Positions 7,313 to 15,145 of a stretch of 34,466 nucleotides of DNA are shown piece by piece. Below the pieces are notes generated by a model. It saw only the letters and a list, made by a program, of their open reading frames with translations, made no database searches and was not told the DNA's origin. The translations under genes were made by a program, and so were the position numbers. Position 1 is the stretch's first letter; the number at the start of each line of letters is the position of its first letter. Origin of the DNA: a virus (lineage: Duplodnaviria; Caudoviricetes); the IMG/VR virus record IMGVR_UViG_3300010359_000007, positions 1 through 34,466 of that record, one strand, 5' to 3'.

Positions 7313-7556
7313 AATCCCCTACGTCCTAAGGATCAGGGGATGCGAGTTCGGCCTCACTGGCGCGGATCTCTGCGAGATCAGGGAGCATATAGATAACATC
7401 CTGAAAGGCCACCTGGAGAGTATCTCCGAGGACTGTCGGGATCTAAGGATCCAGAAGCGGAATCAAATGCGTGGGGTTGACCTTGTCAAGCGCCTAGGGA
7501 TCCCCACCAAACCCAAACCGACCTTCGTTCTGGAAGGCTTTGTGAGGAGAGTCTAG
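7281..7556 (+). CDS. hypothetical protein ending GFVRRV
   Basis: AAGGAG RBS, 91 aa. Confidence 0.7.
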   Translation: MDCGAWTNNDRIPYVLRIRGCEFGLTGADLCEIREHIDNILKGHLESISEDCRDLRIQKRNQMRGVDLVKRLGIPTKPKPTFVLEGFVRRV

Positions 7557-7796
7557 ATGGCCATTCGCCTTCCCTACGAAACCAAGGCCGGCGAGTTCTC
7601 CGAAGCAGAGAGCATCCTCCAGCTGATCGAACACCTGCGCCTTGCCGCTGAGGCAGCCTACTCGGTCGGCCACTTTCGCAAGGCCAACGATGATCTCCTC
7701 ACGGGCCAGATGTTCCTTGCCTACGGACAAGCGTTTGAGAAGGCCTGCGAGATGATCTCTCGAACGGCCACTAGACACGCAGGAGCGCCCAACTGA
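7557..7796 (+). CDS. hypothetical helical protein
   Basis: GAGGAG RBS, abuts previous stop. Confidence 0.75.
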   Translation: MAIRLPYETKAGEFSEAESILQLIEHLRLAAEAAYSVGHFRKANDDLLTGQMFLAYGQAFEKACEMISRTATRHAGAPN

Positions 7797-7969
7797 TGAC
7801 TGAAGACGACCTCCCAAGGCAAATCACCTGCGTCATCGGGAATAGAAAACACGTCCTCTACCTGCGATCCGACGAAGGGCCAGGTGAGTACATCTATGCC
7901 ACGCCCAGGTCGAAAGCCATCAATGGGGAGGATCCTATAACAGTATATATTCCAAAGGAGCGACACTAA
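7796..7969 (+). CDS. hypothetical 57-aa protein
   Basis: AGGAG RBS, TGATG coupling, translated by hand (MTEDDLPRQ...). Confidence 0.6.
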   Translation: MTEDDLPRQITCVIGNRKHVLYLRSDEGPGEYIYATPRSKAINGEDPITVYIPKERH

Positions 7970-8012
7970 TGCCCTTCTTTCCAGCCCTTGAAGCAGCCAC
8001 AAGGAGCCCCAC

Positions 8013-9422
8013 ATGGACCCAACCCCAGAGCAACAAACCATCCTGGAAGGCGTTGCAGGATCTGACACCAACCTCCAAATCAACGCCTACGCAGGATGCG
8101 GAAAGACCTCCACCCTCGGGCTCATCGAACGAGCGGTAAAAGGCCCAACCCTTTGCTTGGCCTTCAACAAGGCCGTTAAGGAAGAGATGGAGGAACGCTT
8201 TGGTGCGAATACGACGGTTAAAACCCTCAACGGCCTCGGCCACTCGGTCTGGGCCTCTACCTGCTCCTCAAGGCCAATCCTCAACACCGACAAGTGCAAG
8301 GCCATCCTCAGGGAGAAAGTCAAGGCCCTTGGGAAAGAAGACCGTGACGCGGCATGGGAAGGCTTCTACGAAATCCTCGCAGCAGTCGGCCTTGCCAAAA
8401 GCCTTGGCTACATCCCTGAAGGAAAGTTCCCAGCAGCCAAGCGCCTCCTCTCCAGAGACGAATTGGTCGGAAGGCTTGAGGAAAAGCCCACTGATCTCCA
8501 ACTCGCTTTACTGGACGCAACCCTCCACCAATCAATCCTCTCTGCCTATCATGGCAACATCGATTTTAACGATCAGATATACATGCCCGGGCTGTTCGGC
8601 GGATCGTTCCCAAAGTTTCCCCTTGTTCTTGTCGACGAGGCTCAAGATCTCAGTCCCACAAATCATGAAATGCTGCTGCGAATGCGGACATCGCGTATCG
8701 TTTCTGTTGGTGACCCCTTCCAATCCATCTATCAGTTCCGAGGGGCCTGCCAGAATGGAATGGGTCGATTGGCCAGCCAGTTTAGAATGACCGAGCTTCC
8801 TCTCAGCGTCAGCTGGCGTTGTCCTAGCGAGGTGGTGAAGAATGCCCAATGGAGAGTACCCAAGTTCCGCTGGTCAAGGGAAGGCGGACGAGTGGAGAGG
8901 CTTGGACATCTTAACTTTGATGACATTCCTCCAGGAAGCGCGATCATCTGTCGTAACAACGCTCCCTTGTTCAGCCTTGCGTCCTCGGCGATATCTAACG
9001 GCCGGTCTGTTAGCGTGGCAGGATCAGATCTTAGCGCAAAGCTGGTCGGTGTCATGCGCCGATTCGGGGACTCGTCGCTACCTCGACCCGCAGTTCTGTC
9101 TGCCATCGACGAGTGGTACTTTAAGCGCCAAGAGGCCGGGTCCAAGACCGCTGGGGACGCAGCCGAGTGTATGCGGATCTTTGCTAACAAGGGCAAAGAC
9201 CTTGGCCAGGCGATTGCTTATGCTGAAGACATCTTCAAGCAGAAGGGCTCCGTCAGGCTAACCACGGGCCACAAAGCCAAGGGCCTTGAATGGCCTCACG
9301 TCTACCATCTTGATCCCTGGCTCCTAGGGGACGATGAGCAGGAGCTAAACCTCCGCTACGTGATCCAAACCCGCGCAGCAGAGGGCTACTACGAGATAGA
9401 ATCGAGGAACATAGAATGGTGA
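8013..9422 (+). CDS. UvrD/Rep-like superfamily 1 DNA helicase
   Basis: motifs AYAGCGKTS, LAFNK, VDEAQD, VGDPFQSIYQFRGA, SWRCP, ICRNN, HKAKGLEW, YVIQTRA. Confidence 0.95.
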   Translation: MDPTPEQQTILEGVAGSDTNLQINAYAGCGKTSTLGLIERAVKGPTLCLAFNKAVKEEMEERFGANTTVKTLNGLGHSVWASTCSSRPILNTDKCKAILREKVKALGKEDRDAAWEGFYEILAAVGLAKSLGYIPEGKFPAAKRLLSRDELVGRLEEKPTDLQLALLDATLHQSILSAYHGNIDFNDQIYMPGLFGGSFPKFPLVLVDEAQDLSPTNHEMLLRMRTSRIVSVGDPFQSIYQFRGACQNGMGRLASQFRMTELPLSVSWRCPSEVVKNAQWRVPKFRWSREGGRVERLGHLNFDDIPPGSAIICRNNAPLFSLASSAISNGRSVSVAGSDLSAKLVGVMRRFGDSSLPRPAVLSAIDEWYFKRQEAGSKTAGDAAECMRIFANKGKDLGQAIAYAEDIFKQKGSVRLTTGHKAKGLEWPHVYHLDPWLLGDDEQELNLRYVIQTRAAEGYYEIESRNIEW

Positions 9423-9802
9423 CGCCAATCTCTAGACTAGCCTACGCCGCGGAGTATGACCTGATGGACCAGGCCATGGAAAGCGAGCGTGGTGTGCAAA
9501 GGCTGTTTCCCAATGAGGCCAATGGCCGGGGGGCAGCGTTCAACTTTCGTACACGGCTCCACAAGGCCAGAGACTACGATCGAAAGGAGAATAGAAAGCT
9601 CTACGGCCCAGAGGATCCCCTCTACGGCCAGACGATCTACGCCCAGCTAACCGTCCATGATCCCTACTGGGACGAGGATAAGCAGGCTTGGGTTCTGCGG
9701 ATCGTTAAGAACCAAATCACGGAGATGATCATCGAGGAGATCCCTCCGGTGAGGGAAGAGCCTGAGGAGCCCGAGGTCAAGACCTTCGAGAGGCGTGTGT
9801 GA
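9416..9802 (+). CDS. hypothetical protein ending TFERRV
   Basis: GAGG RBS, overlaps helicase stop. Confidence 0.8.
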   Translation: MVTPISRLAYAAEYDLMDQAMESERGVQRLFPNEANGRGAAFNFRTRLHKARDYDRKENRKLYGPEDPLYGQTIYAQLTVHDPYWDEDKQAWVLRIVKNQITEMIIEEIPPVREEPEEPEVKTFERRV

Positions 9803-10038
9803 GCGACCAGGATGTTGCCGCTGAGGTGTGGGCATCTGCCCTTGAGCACCCCTACGGCGTAAGGATCGAAACGGACGACGTTCAACGCTTGGTGGCGGTC
9901 TTGTACGAGTACAAGCGCCAATCCGACGATCCGCGCCTGCTTTCCTACACTGTCTCTCAGCGAGGAAGCTTCGTCTTGGTTGCTAAGACCAAGGTGGAGT
10001 TGAAGACGAATGGAGAACATAGACCGTTGGAGGTTTAA
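9799..10038 (+). CDS. hypothetical protein
   Basis: GTGA coupling, GAGAGG RBS. Confidence 0.7.
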   Translation: MSDQDVAAEVWASALEHPYGVRIETDDVQRLVAVLYEYKRQSDDPRLLSYTVSQRGSFVLVAKTKVELKTNGEHRPLEV

Positions 10039-10287
10039 GTGACGAAGGAAGTCGAGATTATTCCCCCAGGAGGCGACCCAACCCTTGAGGCCCTAAATCG
10101 AGCAGCCGCTGAGATGACGCCACAGGACATCGACCTCATCATCGCCTACCAGCGGAAGCAGCGAGGGGCCTGGGAGAGGGGCGAAAGGCCAAAGAAAGGC
10201 GACGGCGGCAATTCGCCAGCCTTGAGTAAGCTTCTCAACCTGCCTTCCCCGGTCAAGATGACGGGAGAGTTTAAGAGGAGGGTTTGA
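10039..10287 (+). CDS. hypothetical protein ending EFKRRV
   Basis: GGAGGT RBS, GTG start. Confidence 0.75.
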   Translation: MTKEVEIIPPGGDPTLEALNRAAAEMTPQDIDLIIAYQRKQRGAWERGERPKKGDGGNSPALSKLLNLPSPVKMTGEFKRRV

Positions 10288-10442
10288 TGACACAACTTGA
10301 GACAGCGGCAAGGGACTTAGCCACCATGGCCTTGAAGGGCACTGAGGCTAGCCAAGAGGACCAAGAACAGCTAGCAGAAGCTTTGTTTAGGCTTTGCGAG
10401 GACGCTAGAATAGTAATGACAGGAGCCATCGATGAGCATTAA
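10287..10442 (+). CDS. hypothetical 51-aa helical protein
   Basis: GAGGAGG RBS, TGATG coupling, translated by hand (MTQLETAARD...). Confidence 0.6.
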   Translation: MTQLETAARDLATMALKGTEASQEDQEQLAEALFRLCEDARIVMTGAIDEH

Positions 10443-10746
10443 TGAATGGATGAAGAAATGGTTAGGGATTTGGGATCTGGAGTATCGGATTGCTAAGCTC
10501 GATGCCGAAACCCGTACTAATCGTGACCATCTACACAGATTGGACCGCCGTATCGTGGAACTCGAACGCCAGGCCCGCGTCAACCGCGAGGCCATCGAGA
10601 AGGCCATCAACAACCGAATGGACCTGCGGAGCGAGTTCTCCAAGGAGCGCCAAGCGGAGAGCGACAAGATCGGCGAGGAGGCCCTCAAGCGCCTAACGGC
10701 CGAAGACGCTGCTCGCCGTCATACGGAAGGCAAGATGAATGGATGA
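10432..10746 (+). CDS. coiled-coil protein
   Basis: AGGAG RBS, heptad pattern. Confidence 0.7.
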   Translation: MSINEWMKKWLGIWDLEYRIAKLDAETRTNRDHLHRLDRRIVELERQARVNREAIEKAINNRMDLRSEFSKERQAESDKIGEEALKRLTAEDAARRHTEGKMNG

Positions 10747-11677
10747 CCAAACGCCAGTCCAAAGCCCCTTCATCACCGGCACCCAGATCCAATGGGCCTG
10801 GGACTCGACCTGCCTTGGGGACTTTAAGAAGTGCCCGCGGTACTACTACTACAAGCGGATAGAAGGCTGGACGCGCGAAGGCGCTATCCACCTTCGTTGG
10901 GGCGGGGAGTTCCACACAGCCGTTGAGGAATACGAACATGCCCGAGCAGAAGGATACAGACACGACGATGCAGTCCATTTCTCTTTACGGGGTTTGTTTG
11001 AACGTATCGAGGAGTGGGACCCGGACCCCAGGTCAAAGAGCGAGGAGCTTAAGACGAAGGCTAATCTCGTTCGAACAGTTGTTTGGTACTTCGACCACTA
11101 TGAAGACGACTCCGCGAAGACGATGGTTCTCGCGAATGGTAAACCTGCGGTAGAGGTTAGCTTTCAGTTTGAACTGGACTATGGGCCCCAGAACGGCGTG
11201 GCCAACTACACCCTCTGCGGCCACCTCGACAAGGTCGTCCACTTTAACGACGACCTCTTTGTCCTTGATCACAAAACCACCACTACCACCCCGGCGTCGA
11301 CTTACTTTGAAAAATACGACACCGATAACCAAATGACCCTCTACACCCTGGCGGGCCAGATTGTGCTCAACGCCCCAATCAAGGGAGTGATCGTCGATGC
11401 TATACAGGTTGCTGTTGGTTTCAGCCGTTTCACTCGTGGTATCACTTACCGTACTCAGGACCAACTCGACGAGTGGTTGGACCATACAAAAGACTGGCTG
11501 GCATACGCTGAACGATGTGCTAGCGAAGGGTTTTGGCCGATGAATGATACGAGTTGCGACAAGTACGGCGGATGTGAGTTTCGCGGAGTATGTGGACGAA
11601 GCCCGAACGTGAGGCAGAGGTGGTTAGAGGCGGAATTTAGAAAGGAAGAACCATGGAACCCTCTCAAGCCGAGATGA
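10739..11677 (+). CDS. Cas4/AddB-like PD-(D/E)XK exonuclease with 4-Cys Fe-S staple
   Basis: N-terminal KKCPR, GHLD...DHKT, QMTLY, C-terminal CDKYGGCEFRGVC. Confidence 0.88.
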   Translation: MDDQTPVQSPFITGTQIQWAWDSTCLGDFKKCPRYYYYKRIEGWTREGAIHLRWGGEFHTAVEEYEHARAEGYRHDDAVHFSLRGLFERIEEWDPDPRSKSEELKTKANLVRTVVWYFDHYEDDSAKTMVLANGKPAVEVSFQFELDYGPQNGVANYTLCGHLDKVVHFNDDLFVLDHKTTTTTPASTYFEKYDTDNQMTLYTLAGQIVLNAPIKGVIVDAIQVAVGFSRFTRGITYRTQDQLDEWLDHTKDWLAYAERCASEGFWPMNDTSCDKYGGCEFRGVCGRSPNVRQRWLEAEFRKEEPWNPLKPR

Positions 11678-11874
11678 GACAAGCGTGGGAGCAGATGCAG
11701 AACCTTAATAAGTTCTTCAATACCATCGAAGGTCGACTTATCTATGAGTTGATGATTAAAGTAGGCCATCGGCAAGAGGAGCTTAGGGTCCTTCGAGAAC
11801 GCCTAATTTCAATCGCAGAACGGCAGATGGATAGGCCCTTCGTACTGAAGGAGAAGCCCAATGCCAACCCTTAA
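11653..11874 (+). CDS. hypothetical protein
   Basis: AAGGAAG RBS, fills gap in operon. Confidence 0.6.
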   Translation: MEPSQAEMRQAWEQMQNLNKFFNTIEGRLIYELMIKVGHRQEELRVLRERLISIAERQMDRPFVLKEKPNANP

Positions 11875-12748
11875 GGATCATCAATCCAATGAATACATCA
11901 AACTCCTCATCGAAGGTGACTCTAAGTCGGGGAAAACTGGAGCACTTGCTTCACTTGTCACGGCTGGCTATGACCTCCGTGTCCTTGACTACGACAACGG
12001 GCTCGATGTCCTTAAACAGTTTATCCTTCGATCATCTCCGGGAGACCTTGAAAAAGTTGAATTTCGAACTCTCCGAGATAAGCGCATCGCAGGGCCAGCA
12101 GGGCCAAAGATCGACGGAACTCCAAAGGCATTCTCTGATGGAATCAAGATGCTGGATCGATGGCAGTATCGGACTGACGATGGTGTCGAGATTGACTATG
12201 GAGTCCCAGCTGTTTGGGGGCCCGGAGTCATATGTGTTCTCGACTCCCTTACCTTTTTCGGTGACGCCGCCTTCGATTATCGCGAACCACTCGCTTCTAA
12301 GGGACGAGATGGAAAGTATGATCTACGAGCAGTATACAAGGATGCGCAAGATGCTGTCGAGAATGTCATCGCTCTTCTCACCAGCGAGCACTTCCGGACC
12401 AACGTCATAGTGATAAGCCACGTCAAGTATGTGGACAACCCTGATGGGACCCGCAAGGGCTACCCCTCTGCCATAGGCTCAGCCCTCTCACCCCTGATCC
12501 TAAGGTACTTTAACAACGTGGTGAGATTCACTATGCGCGGAGCCAAGCGGAGTATCGAGACAGTGTCGAACCCTATGTTCGATCTGGCAAACGCTAAGCC
12601 GTTCGAGATGAAAGCTAGTTATGATATCGAGAACGGCCTTGCGGAGATCTTTGCTTGCCTCAGGCCACCACCAAGGAAGGAGGCGCCGGCAAAGCCATCT
12701 GTTCCAACCATAGCTAAACCCCTACTGAAACCTGTAAGGAGAGTCTAA
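11861..12748 (+). CDS. AAA_24 / Sak4-like P-loop ATPase (recombination), ending KPVRRV
   Basis: Walker A GDSKSGKT, VLDSLT, VISH; located between exonuclease and SSB-like gene. Confidence 0.8.
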   Translation: MPTLKDHQSNEYIKLLIEGDSKSGKTGALASLVTAGYDLRVLDYDNGLDVLKQFILRSSPGDLEKVEFRTLRDKRIAGPAGPKIDGTPKAFSDGIKMLDRWQYRTDDGVEIDYGVPAVWGPGVICVLDSLTFFGDAAFDYREPLASKGRDGKYDLRAVYKDAQDAVENVIALLTSEHFRTNVIVISHVKYVDNPDGTRKGYPSAIGSALSPLILRYFNNVVRFTMRGAKRSIETVSNPMFDLANAKPFEMKASYDIENGLAEIFACLRPPPRKEAPAKPSVPTIAKPLLKPVRRV

Positions 12749-12750
12749 AC

Positions 12751-13194
12751 ATGAGCACACCATCCTTCGCCCCCATCCTGGACCGTCCTGCTTCTGAGAT
12801 CGAGCGCCCGAAGCCCATCCCTGCTGGAACCTACACTGCCCTGGTGAAAGGCCTGCCGGAATTTGGCGAGAGCAGCCAGAAGAAGACGCCCTATGCAAGG
12901 TTCACCTTCGAACTCTTGGCGGCTGGAGACGACATCGATCAGGAGGCCCTTGAGGAGATGGGCGGCATCGGAGGGAAGACCCTTCGGAACGACTACTACC
13001 TCACCGAGGATGCCCTTTGGAGAATCAAGCAGTTCGCTGAGGACTGCGGAGTGGATCCTGAAGGCCTGACGGTTGGCCAGATGCTGGAGTATGCAAACGG
13101 AGCCCAGGTCCAGGTCGTGGTGAGGCATGAGCCTGCCCGAGATGGGAGTGATAACATCTTCGCCCGGGTTGCAAAGACCGCACCGGTCGCGTGA
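12751..13194 (+). CDS. DUF669-like single-stranded DNA-binding protein
   Basis: PIPAGTY N-terminal motif, beta-rich pattern, adjacent to Sak4-like ATPase. Confidence 0.7.
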   Translation: MSTPSFAPILDRPASEIERPKPIPAGTYTALVKGLPEFGESSQKKTPYARFTFELLAAGDDIDQEALEEMGGIGGKTLRNDYYLTEDALWRIKQFAEDCGVDPEGLTVGQMLEYANGAQVQVVVRHEPARDGSDNIFARVAKTAPVA

Positions 13195-13204
13195 GGAAAG
13201 CCAG

Positions 13205-13234
13205 GGGAGGGCCACAGCGCCCTCCCTTTTATTT
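13205..13234 (+). terminator. Rho-independent terminator
   Basis: GGGAGGGC-CACAGC-GCCCTCCC-TTTTATTT. Confidence 0.85.
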
Positions 13235-13320
13235 GGTGAGGGGTGGTAGAGCAGGACGTATGTCGATGTGTACAGGGCTCTACATCAACGCACCCCTCTC
13301 CCAATGAAAGGAGAAGCTCG

Positions 13321-13614
13321 ATGCCAAGACACCAGTACCATCAAGATGGCGCAAAGAATAGTATGTGGAAGGGAGGCTTATCGCGATCGACGATCGAAAG
13401 AACAACAAGAAAAGTTTTAAAAGAAGCTGGCCGCGATCTTAATACGTGCGAACGGTGCCAATTCAACACGCCATTTCAGGAGCTTCCTCGACACCACAAA
13501 GATCGCGATCGCGGTAATAACACGGTAGAGAACTTAGAAGTCTTATGCTGGGGTTGTCATAACGCTGAGCATAATAAAACCAGGATCCGTAATGTACTGG
13601 GGCAATTCGAATGA
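13321..13614 (+). CDS. free-standing HNH endonuclease
   Basis: AAGGAG RBS; WKGG, CERC, HHKDRDRGNN..ENLEVLCWGCHNAEH; AT-richer than flanks. Confidence 0.88.
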   Translation: MPRHQYHQDGAKNSMWKGGLSRSTIERTTRKVLKEAGRDLNTCERCQFNTPFQELPRHHKDRDRGNNTVENLEVLCWGCHNAEHNKTRIRNVLGQFE

Positions 13615-14627
13615 CAGCTATAGCATTAGTGGGGGAGGCATATGGAGAGGCCGAAGAACGAACCCGCCAACCCTTTCAAGGAGCCGCAGGATATGAACTC
13701 AACAAAATGCTTTCTGAGTCAGGCATCCGTCGCGCTGACTGTCTCGTCACTAATGTATTTAATCTACGGCCCAGAGGAAACGATGTCAAGAGTCTTTGCG
13801 GGCCAAAACCTGCTGGCTTGGTTGGCTATCCTTCTCTGGGCAAGAGTCTCTATGTAGCGAACGAGCTTAGACCTCACTTGGAAAGGCTAGCGGATGAGCT
13901 TATCGAATTTAATCCCAACGTGGTTGTTGCGCTGGGTAACACTGCGATGTGGGCTCTTACTGGCAGGACGGCAATTTCTAAATTCCGAGGTTCCACGGTG
14001 CTTTCGAGCCACACTGTTAGTGGATTTAAAACCCTACCAACATATCACCCTGCGGCTATATTACGGCAATGGGACCTACGACCAGTGGCCGTTATCGACC
14101 TTGCCAAAGCCCTCCGCGAGTCGGCCTTCCCAGAGATCCGCCGACCGCACAGGGAGATCTGGATAGAGCCAACCCTGGAGGATATCTATGAGTTCCACGA
14201 GAAGCATATTAGGGGATGCCAAATCCTTAGTGTCGACACTGAAACGGTTGGACGAAGAATTACATGCATTGGATTTGCACCTTCACACCACAGAGCGATC
14301 GTCATCCCGTTCGATGACCCGGGCAGACTGGGTGGAAATTACTGGCCTTCTCCTAAACTTGAACGTCAGGTCTGGGACTATGTCAAGGAAGTGTGTGAGG
14401 ACCCTAACCCGCCTAAGCTCTTCCAAAACGGCCTCTACGACATAGCCTTTACCTTCAAGGGCTACGGAATCAAGATCGCTGGAGCAAGGGAAGACACCAT
14501 GCTCCTTCACTACAGTCTCCAGCCTGAGAGCCTCAAGGGATTGGGTTTCTTGGGCTCTGTTTATTGCGACGAGGGCTCCTGGAAGGAGATGCGGGAGCAC
14601 AAGAAGACTTTGAAGAGGGATGATTGA
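13611..14627 (+). CDS. family-4-like uracil-DNA glycosylase fused to partial 3'-5' exonuclease (N-terminal half of split PolA)
   Basis: UDG motifs GEAYG..E....PFQGAAG, TNV...RP..N, TYHPAA; ExoI DTET, ExoII FQNGLYD, DTML; no ExoIII. Confidence 0.88.
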   Translation: MTAIALVGEAYGEAEERTRQPFQGAAGYELNKMLSESGIRRADCLVTNVFNLRPRGNDVKSLCGPKPAGLVGYPSLGKSLYVANELRPHLERLADELIEFNPNVVVALGNTAMWALTGRTAISKFRGSTVLSSHTVSGFKTLPTYHPAAILRQWDLRPVAVIDLAKALRESAFPEIRRPHREIWIEPTLEDIYEFHEKHIRGCQILSVDTETVGRRITCIGFAPSHHRAIVIPFDDPGRLGGNYWPSPKLERQVWDYVKEVCEDPNPPKLFQNGLYDIAFTFKGYGIKIAGAREDTMLLHYSLQPESLKGLGFLGSVYCDEGSWKEMREHKKTLKRDD

Positions 14628-14815
14628 TGCCAAAGATAGCAGAGCTGAGGAAGTTTCAAGGGGCCATGTGGGCTAGACTTGATATAGACTTGGATAGCGG
14701 CCCTATTAGTCTGTATACCGAGGATGAGATAAAGGCCATGATCAAAAAGGAAAGAGATAACATCATCACGATGATAAGGAACATCGATAGGGTTACCCTA
14801 AGGGAGGACGATTGA
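14627..14815 (+). CDS. hypothetical protein
   Basis: TGATG coupling, GAGGG RBS. Confidence 0.65.
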   Translation: MPKIAELRKFQGAMWARLDIDLDSGPISLYTEDEIKAMIKKERDNIITMIRNIDRVTLREDD

Positions 14816-14816
14816 A

Positions 14817-15032
14817 ATGGCAACGACACTACTAGATCCAAAGGTTATGGTTATTCCCTACGATCTTCTAGAGCCAAAGGACTCCAGGGAGGCCATCGAA
14901 AAGGCAATGGATAGCATTCGAGGAGAAGCAGTTTCAGAAACCATGAAGGTAACTTGGCTTCCACATGATGCCACAACCATTCTCTGCATCGTCGAATGGT
15001 GCGTTTGGGCACAAAGGGAGGAAGAAGAATGA
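14817..15032 (+). CDS. hypothetical protein
   Basis: GGAGG RBS. Confidence 0.65.
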   Translation: MATTLLDPKVMVIPYDLLEPKDSREAIEKAMDSIRGEAVSETMKVTWLPHDATTILCIVEWCVWAQREEEE

Positions 15033-15145
15033 ACCTCGATTGGCATTGCATCCGTGGCACCGCAGGCGGGTTCCTCGTGTTAGGAATCTTCGCCTTTGGT
15101 AGCCTTCGCCTTGCTTGGCTCACCCTGACGGTGCTTATCCGCTGA
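15029..15145 (+). CDS. 38-aa hydrophobic membrane peptide
   Basis: GGAGG RBS, ATGA and TGATG coupling at its ends. Confidence 0.5.
   Translation: MNLDWHCIRGTAGGFLVLGIFAFGSLRLAWLTLTVLIR

Noticed and set aside
10739-11677. CRISPR-Cas locus
   Set aside because: Solo Cas4-like nuclease in a recombination module; no array or other cas genes seen.
13235-13303. tRNA gene (TGGTAGAGC and a 3' CCA)
   Set aside because: No T-arm GTTCRA motif or cloverleaf; kept only as a stem-loop.
14606-14815. Shared C-termini KRDD and REDD as a second peptide tag
   Set aside because: Only two cases, both explained by an overlapping RBS followed by GATTGA.
14628-15144. Intron or intein interrupting the polymerase
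   Set aside because: Gap is filled by three ORFs with RBS or coupling signals; no splice-junction residues or intron core recognised.
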